Origin: Lama guanicoe | Taxonomy: Eukaryota | Direction: 5' to 3' | Assembly (NCBI GenBank): GCA_013239625.1 | Contig: MU053431.1 | Location: 1,330,485-1,394,484 of the forward strand | Length of the DNA stretch: 64,000 nucleotides | In this document: piece by piece, positions 12,901-25,139 of the stretch | How positions within the stretch are numbered: the first letter of the stretch is position 1 | Layout of the letters: each line of letters starts with the position of its first letter | The notes under the pieces: model-generated | Database searches by the model: none | What the model saw: the letters and a program-made list of their open reading frames with translations, nothing else | Told to the model about the DNA's origin: nothing | Translations under genes and position numbers: made by a program

Positions 12901-15645
12901 CCTGCAGCACGACATCGGCTGTGCTAGGACCCTGTGTCCACATCATCACACCTGTCCTTAATAAAGGACACGCTCCTCCAAGCACACAGTAGGCGCTTAG
13001 TAAGTGGCTCATGGTTGCAGTAGAAAACTGGTCACCTGCATCTGCGGTCCTCTGCACACCTTGTCTCCCATGGCCCTGGCCCCATTCAAAAGCCTGTCCA
13101 GCCATTATCTTCTAGGGTCCTTGCACCCACCAGTGAGAGGGGCAGCGCAGCCATGATCTCCATTGGGCAGAAGGGGCACGCAGGGAGGCCAAACCGCCCG
13201 GGGTTTTCCAGCTTCTCAGTTCCTCTCCCTACCTTCCCAGGCTCAGGAGTGGAAGGTGATTACCGAGGGGCTGGACCCTATAAAAAGCTGCTCAGGGTGA
13301 AGATGCTGGGTGGGTGTGCCCTCGCCTGGAACACAGACCACACCCATGCACTCCTGGGTCAAATTTAGGCCCCCACACAACTCTCCCCGGCTCTTTGGCA
13401 AGTGCTCTCCACTTTGGGCAGAACACCAAGGACTGAATGGCAGGGGCAGTGTTCCTGGCCCTGTATTTTTAGCCTCTCCCCTGCCCAGGCATCTGCTCTG
13501 TGACTGACGTCCTCAGGAACCATCCTGCCGCACTCGGGAGCCTGCTGGGCTCTTAGAATTCTGTCTCGGGGAACTGCCCCTGCCCTGGTCCTGAAGCTCA
13601 GGATCCAGCTCCCCTCTCCAAGACAGAATCAGCTCCTATCGGTGAAGGGCGCTTTCCCCATCCCAAACACACACACAGGCTGTGGCTCAGAAACCGAGAG
13701 GTGTGAGGCACAGAACTTGTGACTTTGGGACATGGAAAGTGGCGGGGGCGGGGGTAGTGGTGGTGAGGACCTGGCGGTGCAGGGGGCCCACCAGGCCACA
13801 TGGCTGCTGGGGGGCTCAGGAGACCTGGGGAGGCCCCTGCCCCAAATGGGTGCACCCCAGGGAAGGCTGTGCTGTGCCTAGGGAGAGTCCTACCTCACAT
13901 CTAAGGCAGGATGCCCCATCCCTGGAGCTCCCTCTTATTGGAGCTGGGCTCGGCCTGGGGCTGCACTGCTCCTGGTCTCACCAGCACAATTCCCCGACGC
14001 GAAAAAGCAGCTCTAGAACGTCCAGGGAAGCCTGGCAGGCAAACGCTGAGGACGTTTCTGTCTTCTCTTCGGCTTCTGTGCTCCCTTTTCTCAGCCCAAT
14101 ACTAACCTCTTAGTGTTGCGGCGCTGATGGGACACCCAGGGCAGGAGCCTGCCGGGTCTGCAGCTTGCCTGAGGGGCGACTGTCCTGTGCTGGGTCTCAG
14201 TTTCCTCTGTAAAACGGGGAGTCAGAAGCCTGGGTGCACAACCGCCCGGTAAGTTGTTCTCTGCAGTGGCTTCCACTTTTTTGTTTTGCACTCACGGCCA
14301 GAAATCCATTCTACATCTTGACCAAGAACCCACTTAAATACATGTGAGAATAAACTCTTCACAAAGCAACAGTACTCCCACTGTGTGGGATGCTCTCTGA
14401 CAGCTAGTTTATCGTTTCATTTGCATAAAATGCTGGTCACCACTAAGTTTCTTCAGGACCCAGTACTGGTCCCTGATCCGACGTCAAGAGGGAGAGAAAC
14501 AAAGGCTGGAGCACACTTGGTCACCAAGGCGCTGGGCAGGGAAGGGGGTCTGGCCAACAGGAGAGGGGCGACGCGGATGCTGTACCTCACAGCGAGGCCT
14601 CCGGGATGGAGCCGGGCGAGGCCACGAGCAGGCGAGGTCAGGCCGGCCTTGGAGGCCCTGGTGGCGGGCAGGGATTTATTTTAAGGGACAGGGACGCCAC
14701 CGCAGGTTTGGGGGAGGGGCAGGATTAAAGGAGAAGATGCGCTCAGCGCGTTATATTTAGTGGCTGACGCGCCGGAAGCGCTCGTTACCCGCAGTTACTA
14801 CAGCGCCCCACGCGCGGAGGACAGCGCTCGCCCCCACCCCGCGGGCAAGGACCCCGGCCTCTCGCCTTCGCCCCGCCATCTCCCTTCACTCCGCGGGCAA
14901 TGACCCCGGTCCCCTGCCTTTGCCCTCGGGGAAGGGACCCCCGCAGCCTTCGCCCATGGGGAAGAGGAGCGTAGGGGCGCACCACAGCCCTGCAGCTTTC
15001 CGGCCTGGGGCGGGGAAAAGCCGTCGGGCACGTTTCCGTAGAGGGGAAACTGAGGCCGGGGAAAGCAGACCACCCGCTCGCGCGCCGGGGTAGCTGGTAG
15101 GACGGCACGCGCGGCGGGCGGGGCTTGGCGCCCCGCCCTCTCCCTTACACGTGCGCTCCGCCCCTCGGGCCCCACCCCCACCCGCCCCGCGCACGCGCGC
15201 TCCGCCCCGGACGATTCCCACCCCTCCCCCAGGCCCACCGCCCCTTCTCGTGCTCCCACCCTGCGCGGGGCCCGCCGGGAGCCGACAGAGAAGCCGGGCT
15301 GAGAGCAGGGGAAAGCCCGCCCGGGCAGGAGGCGCTCGCAGCGCAGGCGCGGAGCGCGGGCCCGCCCCCAGGCAGGCGGCGCGGCCATATTTAAAGGGAG
15401 CCGGCGGGGTGAGCCAATGGGCGGTGAGCGTGCGGGGGCGGGGCGTGGCGGCCCAGGTCCCGGATGTGTCTGCTGCGGCCCCTCCTCCCCCGCGCTCCCC
15501 TTAGACCCCCGGCCGCGCGCCGCCGCCGCTCGCTGGTCCCCGCGCAGGCCCTCGGGCGGCGGTGAGGCGGCGGCGAGGCAGAGGAGCGGGCGGCGAGGCG
15601 ACCGCGAGGAGGCAGCGGGCCAGGCCCGGCCGGGCGGCCGCCGCC

Positions 15646-15772
15646 ATGAGCGGCTCCTCGGGCACCCCGTACCTCGGCAGCAAGATCAGCCTCATTTCCA
15701 AGGCGCAGATCCGCTACGAGGGCATCCTCTACACCATCGACACGGACAACTCCACCGTGGCGCTCGCCAAAG
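15646..15772 (+). CDS. LSM14B: LSM14B coding exon 1
   Basis: ATG at 15646 to ...VALAK G|gtagcg. Confidence 0.95.
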
Positions 15773-18700
15773 GTAGCGACCCCGCGGCCGCCCCAACCGC
15801 CCGGCCCCCGCCCGCCAACAGCCGGCCCGCGNNNNNNNNNNNNNNNNNNNNNNNNNNNNNNNNNNNNNNNNNNNNNNNNNNNNNNNNNNNNNNNNNNNNN
15901 NNNNNNNCCGCGCCGCCCCCGCCCCGCGGGGCTCGGTCTGCACAATGGGCGCCCATGCCGGGCGGCGGCGTTATTGTGCGCGGCCGGCCCGCCCAGCCCG
16001 GGGTTGGGGTGGGGAGGTGGGGGCGGGTCCAGCTCGCGCAGCGCCGCCCCTTCCACCGCGGAGCCCACCTCTGCAGGTTGGGGGTCGGCGTTGCAGGGCC
16101 GCCGCCTCCCCACCTGCCCGAGGGCGGCGGGGCAGCTGGCGCGGAGAACCCTGTGCCTTCGGGGGAGGGGCGGGGGCGAGGGGGCCCGGGTGTCCCCGGG
16201 GCCTCCCCGGGAGGCTGGGGGTGAGAAAACACGACTCCTGCAAGTCCTTCTGGAACCTATTAAGCAGCTGGGGCCTTGATCCTGAACAAATACCGCGTCT
16301 TAATGGATTCTGCTGCCGGGATAGGAGCATCGGTTGGCAGCTAGGTACTCCCATTCAAAGCGCTTTCTTACCCTAATCCAGACTTTCGGGCTGTGCGTTT
16401 ACCCTTTTGTGACAGACCCCTCCCTGCAGGCGCTGGTGACCACACTGAAGCCCCTGAGAGACTTAGAGAAACATGACTGTATTGTGGCTCTGCGAGAGTT
16501 GAGTCTTTGAACGTGTCGAAGCAGGAAGTGGCCCCAAAGTTTCTTTGTCTTCATACTCCAGGGAAGATGGCTAGTGTCCTTCCCCTGCCTCTTAGAAGTG
16601 CCGAGTGCAGCCAGGTCTGCAGGAGCCCTGTTTGTTTGATGGGTCTTGTTAGGCTAGAGACACCGTGCTAAGCCTCTAAGGGTCAGGGCATGGCTTACAT
16701 GCTCCTGTATCGGAAGGAGCCTCAGGCCTTCGGGTCGCAGCCAATTCCAAACTTCGGGCAAGCCCTTTTGAAGTCCAGCTTCTGAGCCGTCTGATGGGCT
16801 GTGTGGTCACTTGCACTCTTGGTTCTTGATGATATTTGGCATGAAGTCCCGGTTGGAGAAACTGAGGCTCAGGGTAGTCCCTGGTCCTCAGAGGAAGTTT
16901 CTCTCAGGTTAGATAGAGGCTGACTCAAGCCTGGCTCTGCCCCAGAGACTTGAGGAGACACCTGGTTGGGCTCCTCAAACTCTGCCAGGAGGGGTTGCCT
17001 TGGGCAATCCCTCGTGTAGATACAGAAGCTTGTGATGTGGGGCCCCTTCCTGGGCCCCCTTCTCCCATCGTCTCTGTACTCCCAGGCTGGTTGTGGGCAG
17101 AGGAGTGGGGATGACACTCAACCTGCCAGCTTTTCTCCCAAGAAAACAGCCCCCCTACAGAGATGATGTGTTGGGAAGTTTAAGTCAAAAAGCAGCTTTG
17201 GGGCTGTTGAAGCTGCTAAGCCTGATATGAACGGGATTCTGCAAAATAGGCGTCTTGCTGAGAGAATGTCGAGCTTCACGAGACTGTCAGGCTCTGAAGT
17301 TGTTCTTTGTTGTCTTTGTCGCTTAGAACTTTTTGGAGCATTGGGAACTGGGGTCCTGCAGGTATTGTCCATTGATAATCAGGGGGCGGAGTGGGTGCTG
17401 AAACGTGGAAGCTGGGTGCTGTGGCCGGCTCCTAGAGGGGCTGTGCTTCCAGGGGGCTGATGGAATGCACATGGTTGAGGATGACAACTTAACCCTTCTT
17501 TTTCTCAACCCCTAAGTGAGGTCCTTTGGTACTGAAGACCGTCCCACAGATAGGCCTGCCCCCCCAAGAGAGGAAATTTATGAGTACATCATTTTCCGGG
17601 GAAGTGATATCAAAGATATTACCGTTTGTGAGCCTCCGAAAGCTCAGCACGCGCTCCCTCAGGATCCTGCCATCGTCCAAGTAAGTGCATCGCTCCGCTT
17701 CTGTTGTGGCACTGTTTCTAAGGGATGCTGGTTTCCAAATGGAACTTGGTGTCGTTTGTTTGGCCAGAGTGCTCAACTCGAGGAATAGCCTTTTAATGAA
17801 AAGTGCTTTAATTTTTGTCTAGGCTGTTGGTGTTTCTGTGGAAGGTCTGGCTCCTGCAGCCTGCAGTAGGGTGTGCCATGGGGTGAGACTATACGAGTGT
17901 GTGTGGGGGGGGTGGAGAGGGAGTGCTTTTAGTTTTGCCTTCATCTGGGGTACTTGTGGGGTGCTGTTTGTCCCTGGTTTCTGCTGGGGTGAGTGTGAAG
18001 CCCCAGTGGTGTGCTGTGAGTGGCAGAGATGCTCTCCCCACCCCGGGTGCAGACGTGCACAGCAGTGATGTGGAGCACCCGACGTGCGGGCCTCACGCTG
18101 CGGGTCCGCCTGCTGTGTTTCGGCACATCTTGCCCAGGATCACTAGGGGCCCCGTTAGTATTTTCCTTACTTGTAAACTCCCGTGGTGACTGGCTGCTCC
18201 GGGGCTCACACTGCGGGAGGCTCCAAGACTGAGCACGCTCCCTGGGAGGCAGGCTCGCACGTGCTGGGCCCCAGGCGAGACCTCCACGGGTTTGGGGGAA
18301 GGCTCCCTAGGAACTGAGCCAGGCCTCAAGGGACAAAGGGGCCTTTTGGGAGCCCAGGCGGCAGTGTGCTTGAAGGCAGGGCCCAGAGAGAAGGTGCATG
18401 GGAATAGCTGTGCCCCTGCGTGCTGGGGGCGGGGCCGTGTCCGTCGCTCACAGCCTAGACCTGATGACAGGCAGTGGGGAGCCATCAGAGGGATTAGTTG
18501 AGTCATGAAAAGATCGTGTTGGAATCACCTGGATGCAGGTGGAGCTGGGAAGAAACAGGGAAAAGGCCACTCTGCACTCCCTTAGGCCATCCCAGAGCTC
18601 ACGCCCCCGAGGGCCACCCCGGCCTCCGGGGCACAGGCTGACAACCCGGGCTGCCTGTCCCTGTCTGAATGGTGCTCTCACCTGTGTGTCTCATTGCTCA

Positions 18701-21700
18701 GTCTTCCCTGGGCTCGGGCTCGGCCTCCTCCTTCCAGCCACACGTGCCTTACAGCCCCTTCAGAGGGATGCCACCCTACAGCCAGCTGGCCGCCAGCTCC
18801 CTGCTTAGCCAGCAGTATGCCGCTTCCTTGGGTTTAGGTGAGTAACCTGTTTCCTTCTGGTAAACTGCCTGTGTTGTGATCTCCAGGAAGTGGGGCCACA
18901 GACCTTGACAGTGGGGACACTGCTCTTGTCCTGTTCATCTTTTCGTGCGTACTCAGTATGTCACTCAGTGCAACCCTAGCTAGTTAGAACACTTAGTAAG
19001 TACTCAATTGAGAGTAAAAGAGGCAGCGCTCTGAGTTTTGGAACAGATGAATCGAATCAAAATTCATTTGAAGTGTCAGCCTGGGTCTGGGTGGACGTTG
19101 TGGTGCCTCTGCTTCAGAGAGGAAATAGCTGATAGGTGTGATTACAGACGAGTTCTAACCGCCTGCACGTTCGTAAGCCCGTAAATGTAACAGGTAAACA
19201 CAGCACCCTCCCGTGCTGTCCATTTCCCGTTCTCCTGTCAGCGCCTTGCTCAAAAAGTAAAGGTTCTGCCAAGGCCGAATAACCCTGGGGTAAGGTTCTC
19301 TCCTGTGGGTGCGGAGTGAGGGCCGTCCGGCTGCAGCTCTGCGAGGTGTTCACACCAGGGAGGTGCGGCTCAGCCACCTTGCTTGGGGGTCTCCTGCTTC
19401 TAAAGATCCCGTTGTCTTGGTTGCTGTCCCCAGGGTGCAGGAGCCCCTCAGGCTGGCTCCTGCTTCTAGAGTGGGTCTGTGTGAGCTGAGTGTCCTGCGA
19501 GAGAGGTCTGGGTTCCTTCCAGGCCTGCTGCACGCAAGTTTCTCTGTACTTACGTGTATACTTTCTTTTTTGCTCTTTTCTCCTTTATCTTCTTTTAGAG
19601 AAGTTGGTTAGCCCTCCAGCCTCAGCCGCGGCTTCCAGCCCTAGCTCTTCTCCATCTCCTCAGCCCGTTTCAGAGCTTGACATGTCCTCAGAGCCACACC
19701 AGCTCACTGCCAAGGGTAACAGCAGTTTTGGAGAACTGCATGCTGTCTTGCGAGCCATACTAAGAGCGAGGGGGTAAACCAGTAGCCCAGAGTGACAGTA
19801 GCTGTAGCAGACGATTTGCCAAGCCGTGGGTCCATCTGGCTGTTTCTGTTTGGTCCTGCACGTGATCCTGACTTACTGACTCCCACAGTCTTCAAGAAGG
19901 GACTAGAAAGAGCCAGCAGTGCGTTTTGCTCACCCTTCCCGGGTCCAGGGTCTGTTTTGACCTGTAGTGGGACTCCCGTACATGGGAAACTTCGTCTGCA
20001 CAGAAAGCCGTTTCCCTGGGGTTTCCGCTGGTCCTAAACGCACTCTGGGTTGCTGGGTAAGACTGCCGGGGGGAGCTCCTGTATAACTTGCGTGCTGCTC
20101 CAGGATCCATGTGGCACTTGCCTCCCCCACCCAGGGCATTCCGAATCGGGTGTCTCCAGTGTCTTTGTAAAACGAAGCGCCTTTAAAGTGGATGACTAGC
20201 CCCACCCAAGCCGCTGACCAGGTGAACAGTGTGGACCTGATGACCAGTGTGTTGCTGGTGGACCGCCTGTCTGCCGGGCACCTGCAGCTGTGGGGGTCTC
20301 TTGACCTTTCCTGGCATTCCTCTCCTTTCCCTGGAGGTCTGAAGTTCACGTGCAGGACGCTAGAGTCACCAGTGCGGAGACTCGGTCCAAGATGACGCCT
20401 GGGGCTTTCATTCTGGCGCACAACCACTGTCAGTCTTTGCTTTGCCTGTGTTCTTCCTCGCCTGGATGCCAGGGTATCCGAGTTACAGAAGCAGGGAGGT
20501 TCTTTTCCCCACTTAAAAATTGCGCAAGGTCATTCATTGCTCTTAGGACAGTTTACGTAGAACAGCTCATAGGACGAGGTAGGTAGTTTTAACTGGTCTG
20601 GTTTTATAAAAAGCAACTGAGCCCAAGATGCCTGCCCCATCCAGTTAGAGCGTGAGCCAGAATCTGTCAGGAGCCATGTCTTGCTCGGGGAGGGCCACGC
20701 TGATAGGTCAGGGAAAGTGGTTTCGGTTAGTTAATGCCCATCACAGGGGACACTTACAAGTACCAGTGTGCTGAGTCTGCCCTCTGAGTTCTTCTGATCT
20801 AGTTACAGGGCATTTTTCACAGTAATTTCTCTGATTTGTCCCATGTGGGATAGGAGGTAGAATATCCAGGCCTCACTTGTGCTGGGGTGCCCCTCTGGTA
20901 ATAGACTTTCTGTCTGTAATGTCTGTGCACCTCCACCCAGCCCCACATTGCTCCTTTCAAACAGGACCCAGAGATCCAGGAACGTGGGGGAGGGGAGGGG
21001 GAGAGGGACTGATGGTTGTGGCACGTCCTTCTCTTCTGGCGTCAGGGACCATCTCCTGACGGGGAACTCCACCGAGGCTGTGCTCAGGGCTGGAATGCGG
21101 TGTCCTGGGAACACGCAGTACCCTGTGTTGCCAAGGGCCGCCTGGGAACCCTTCATTTCTTTATCATGAGCTTTCACTCGCAGGAGCGCAGGCCATTGTT
21201 TCTCTGTGGTCAGCTCTTATCACTTCATCCTGTTTGGTTTTGTTGTGCCTTAAGCAAAAACCGCAGTGTTCTAGAGTTTTAACTGCAAAGGCTGACCACT
21301 GTGTTCTGTGCAAGATGCTGGACAGGCCTGGTTCTTGTCCAGCATGGCGCAGAACGAAACACGTTCTCAGACCGTGAATTCACCAGCATCTCCGGACTGT
21401 CGTGCCCCTCGGGGTTAGAGCCTGTTGGTTTGGGGGCAGCTTTTCCCAGATTTACTGGAAGGTGCTTGTTGTTGGGGGGGGCGTTTTCCCTCCTGAGGGT
21501 CCCTGACCTGGGGAGCCTGCTGGCCTTTTCACTGCCCAGGCACGACCCGGAGGGGTCGGCCCGGCGTGGGGGCTGTGCCTGGGTTTGGTGGAACGTCTCT
21601 GGGCCGGAAGAGAAGTGTTGGGAGCTGGGGGTGGTGTGAGGCTTTCCCCGTGTATCCGTTTTTAAACCCTCCTCTCCTCCTCAACTCAGGAGCTGGTTTT

Positions 21701-24590
21701 CCGTCTGTCTCAGTCAGTAAGAGCCCCATGGTGGAGCAGGCTGTCCAGACTGGTTCTCTCGATAACCTGAACACCAAAAAGCTGGTACCTGGCAAGGGCT
21801 CCGTGGGGATGCAGCTCAACGGGCGCCCGGCCCCGCCCAGCAGCAAGGCCGCCAGCGGTACTTGAACGCCTACTCCCCTGCCCTGGCTCCATGTTTAGAG
21901 GGGCGCACGCTGCCGGGGGTTCTTTTCTTAAAGATGAGCGCCCCCGCCCGCGCCGTCGGCGGGCTCAGCGGGCCCCCGCCCCCGGGCTCTGCTGCTGTGG
22001 GCCGCTTGCCTTACTCTTCCCTTCTGCGCCGTAGATGTAGTGCAGCCGGCCGCTGTGCAAACTCAAGGGCAGGTGAATGACGAGAACAGAAGACCGCAGC
22101 GGCGGCGCTCAGGTAACAGCTGCCCGCTTGCACTTGCGCTTGCGCTGTGGGGAGGCGCGAGCCCTGCCCTGCGCTCTGCCCGCTGCGCCGCCTCAGTGTG
22201 CTCCTCCCTCTGTGCATCTCACACTCAGCAACGTCGGGTTGGTGGCTTACAGCCGTGGCTGTCCCTTCTCCTCACAGGGAACAGACGGACCAGGAACCGC
22301 TCCAGAGGGCAAAGCCGCCCAGCTAACATCAAGGAGAACACAATCAAGTTTGAAGGCGACTTTGACTTTGAGAGCGCCAATGCCCAGTTCAACCGAGAGG
22401 AGCTGGACAAAGAATTTAAGAAGAAACTGAATTTTAAAGGTCTGAGTATCTGCCCCTGCCCCAGGAGTGTCCACAGAGCGGGTCAAAGAAAGACAGCCAG
22501 GGGTGGGCAGCTGGGCTGGTGGTCTGTGGAAGCCGTGCCATGGTGGGAGCTCCCAGGGCGGGGAGGAGTCCTGGGGACGTAGAATGGTGCTTGGGGAACA
22601 GGCAGCAGACTGTGTGGCCCAGGGGCGGATGAGACACGGTTTGGAGTTAGAAAAAGAGGTTTCAGCTTGGCACGAAACACCTCCAGGAGCATTTCACAGA
22701 GGCTTGAGGACGGCCATTGACTGGGCCCGTGAGGTCCTGTCCTGGTAGCGTGGTTTGCCTCCTGGCACCCCAGTGGTCTGCTTCTCTGTGCAGATGACAG
22801 AGCCGAGAAAGGGGACGAGAAGGACCTAGCGGTGGTGGCCCCGAGCGATGAGGCGCCTGCCGAGGAGGACCACCTGGGGCCCAACTGCTACTACGACAAG
22901 TCCAAGTCCTTCTTTGACAACATCTCCTCTGAACTGAAGACCAGGTCAGGGCCCGGGGGCCGGGCGAGGCCCAGTCACACCAACAGTGGGTGGTGGTGTG
23001 GGAAGCCCTGGGAGTCACGGGCTCCCGAGGGGTCTGACCCAGGTCCAGGACCCTCTGCATGCGTTGCTCAGCTGCCCCTTCCTCGTTCAGGCTGGGCTGG
23101 ACCGCCCTCCCCAGCTGAGTGACCACACTGCTGTTCAGTTCTGTACCACCCTGCCCGAGGCAGGGGGCAAGCGAGTCTGCGGTGTTCTTTCACCTGCTTG
23201 AGGCTGGGGACCCTGTCTACGCCTAGCATTTAGCACCAGTGGATAGTACCCAGACGTTGCCCGAGAACAAGCCAGACAGTACATGACGTTTGGAAAGGGT
23301 GGCGTGGCAACTCGGATCTCTTTGTTCCGCACGTGGAGTGGCAGACGCTGTGGGGCACTGAGGATGCAGCAGAAAAGAAGCTGGCAGGTCTCCCGCCCCC
23401 CACCAGGAAACAGCGTAGTGAAGAGGGGCTGGGGTGTGGGTGTATGGGGAGGGGGGTGCTGAGGTCCCAGGACGAGCGTGTGGACAGATGAAGGGAGCTT
23501 TCTCAGACAGGGAGGCGGCCTGCACGACCGCGAGTCATGTGCTGTGGGGCGGGGAGGAGTGGTGAAAGGGGGATGGGCTTTGTAGGTCACGGTCATGCCT
23601 GGCGTTTATTCTGAGCGCTGTGGGGAGAGCAGTGTCTTCTGAGGTTTCACCGCTCCTTTGTGGAGAGTGGGGTGAGGGTGGGACGTGTGGAAGCTGGTGG
23701 CCACTTTGCATGCTTTTGTAATCGGGTGGAGGAAGAGGAGAGAAGCTGGACTAGTGAACGTGAAGCATGCTGAAGGTGGGCCGCAGACTGGGCCGCTCCA
23801 GGCTGTTGCCCTGGACAGCCGAAGGGCGCAGTTAGCCACTTTGAGCAAGGAGGCCAGTGGGGCGGCAGAGCAGGAGCTGGGGCTGGCTTGTTGCCTGTGA
23901 GCTGCCTGTAAACACCCCGGTGGCTGCTGTAGGCACCCAGTCGGACACTGGGGGTCCTTGCAGGAGACGCAGGAAGGATGCCAGGGCAGAGCACAGCGCT
24001 GGCACTGCGTCCCCACCTCCCCCGAAGCATAAGCTTTGTGTTCCAGGCCCTGCCCCCTCTAGCCCAGCGCCCTCCCCATCTCGTGGAAACTAATCTGGAG
24101 GGTCCATGGTCTGCTCCAGGTCTGGAGCCTCACAAGCAACGAGGGATTCCTTTGTAGTGCACTGTCACGTGCTGGCCTTAGGTGACACAGGTGTGAGAGC
24201 CCATCCATGAGAAGGAGGCCTGGTTGGAGGTTTGGCTGGGAGCACCTGCAGTATTGGGTCTCAGGCTCCAGGACCCTGACTGGACTGCCTGCCCCTTGTA
24301 ACCCAAGTAACCATCTGCCCATCTGTCCTTTCTTCCTCCCCAGGCGGTACAAGGCTGGGGCCCGGCTCAGAGCAGGGAGGGGTGCCCGCTGCAGTTTCAC
24401 ACCCCTTGTCTGGTTCAGTTCCAGGCGGACCACGTGGGCCGAGGAGAGGAAGCTCAACACGGAGACCTTCGGGGTGTCGGGGAGGTTTCTTCGTGGCCGG
24501 AGTTTCCGGGGCGGATTTCGAGGGGGCAGGGGCAACGGTACAACCCGTCGCAACCCCACTTCCCACAGAGCTGGGACGGGCAGGGTGTAA
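15646..24590 (+). CDS. LSM14B: LSM14B (RAP55B), mRNA P-body/translational repression factor; join(15646-15772,17517-17680,18702-18837,21690-21857,22035-22112,22278-22439,22794-22944,24419-24590) = 1158 nt, 385 aa
   Basis: Kozak GCCGCCATG; Lsm domain ([32 protein letters not shown]), FDF motif ([11 protein letters not shown]), FFD box ([13 protein letters not shown]), TFG box ([10 protein letters not shown]), RGG tail. All introns GT-AG with matching phases. Confidence 0.97.
15832..15907. other. Assembly gap (76 N)
   Basis: N run inside CpG island. Confidence 1.
17517..17680 (+). CDS. LSM14B: LSM14B exon 2
   Basis: Pyrimidine tract + aag|; [42 protein letters not shown]...PAIVQ|gtaagt. Confidence 0.96.
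18702..18837 (+). CDS. LSM14B: LSM14B exon 3
   Basis: cag|[46 protein letters not shown]|gtgagt. Confidence 0.93.
19599..19715 (+). CDS. LSM14B: LSM14B alternative (cassette) exon, 117 nt, Ser/Pro-rich
   Basis: Very long polypyrimidine tract 19561-19596 + tag|; phase 1-1, stop-free ([39 protein letters not shown]) G|gtaaca. Confidence 0.75.
21690..21857 (+). CDS. LSM14B: LSM14B exon 4
   Basis: cag|[22 protein letters not shown]...SSKAAS G|gtactt. Confidence 0.92.
22035..22112 (+). CDS. LSM14B: LSM14B exon 5
   Basis: tag|[27 protein letters not shown]|gtaaca. Confidence 0.9.
22278..22439 (+). CDS. LSM14B: LSM14B exon 6 (FDF motif)
   Basis: cag|[11 protein letters not shown]...[33 protein letters not shown]|gtctga. 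Confidence 0.95.
22794..22944 (+). CDS. LSM14B: LSM14B exon 7 (FFD box)
   Basis: cag|[11 protein letters not shown]...[24 protein letters not shown]|gtcagg. Confidence 0.95.
24419..24590 (+). CDS. LSM14B: LSM14B exon 8 coding part (TFG box, RGG, stop)
   Basis: cag|[39 protein letters not shown]...GRV TAA; donor gtgagt at 24605. Confidence 0.94.
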
Positions 24591-25139
24591 GGATGCGGCT
24601 GCGGGTGAGTAGGGGAGCTTCCGGGTCCCTCAGTGGGAGGGTGCCGGGGCGGGGGTCCTTGGGGGGAAGCCTCTTCAAGAAGAGCTTCGGAGCCATCTTC
24701 CAAATGAAGACCTCAAGGTATCGAGAGGCCGAGCTGAGGGTCTTGACCCTCTGAATCACCCAAGGGGGCTCTCGGGGACGGTGGGACCCAGGCCCCAGGG
24801 TTGTCAAAGTGAGGGTCTGGGTGCAGGAGGGCTGGTGCTTCCTCCCCGAGTGTGGTCAGCAGGGAGAGTGTGGCCAGCGGGGTCTCAGCCCTGGCCTGGC
24901 CCCGCACTGATTCCAGAGTCTGCTTTTTTAACTACGTCAGCGGTGACTTGGGTGCCCCTTATGGGTGGGACCTGGAGCTGCCTCCCTGTTCCCCGTGTGA
25001 ACAGGAACGATCGGGTTGTGATGGGGAAGTCTGGGGATCCCTGGCCGCTCCTGTCCACCGGAGGCCGCGGTACCTGGCTGGGGCTGGCGCTGCCCGACGT
25101 GCTGCTGTGGTCACTGGGTGTCGGGGCTCCTCCTTGCAG

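Larger units (their letters stand above)
14540..16230. promoter_or_regulatory. CpG island / LSM14B promoter
   Basis: Dense CpG, GC boxes, CCAAT 15414-15418, YY1-like CGGCCATATT 15382-15391, ETS-like CCGGAAG 14772. Confidence 0.9.

Noticed and set aside
1..14500. Possible unannotated gene upstream of LSM14B
   Set aside because: Dominated by decayed L1/ERVL/Tigger/MIR sequence; no consistent exon chain or protein-like ORF found
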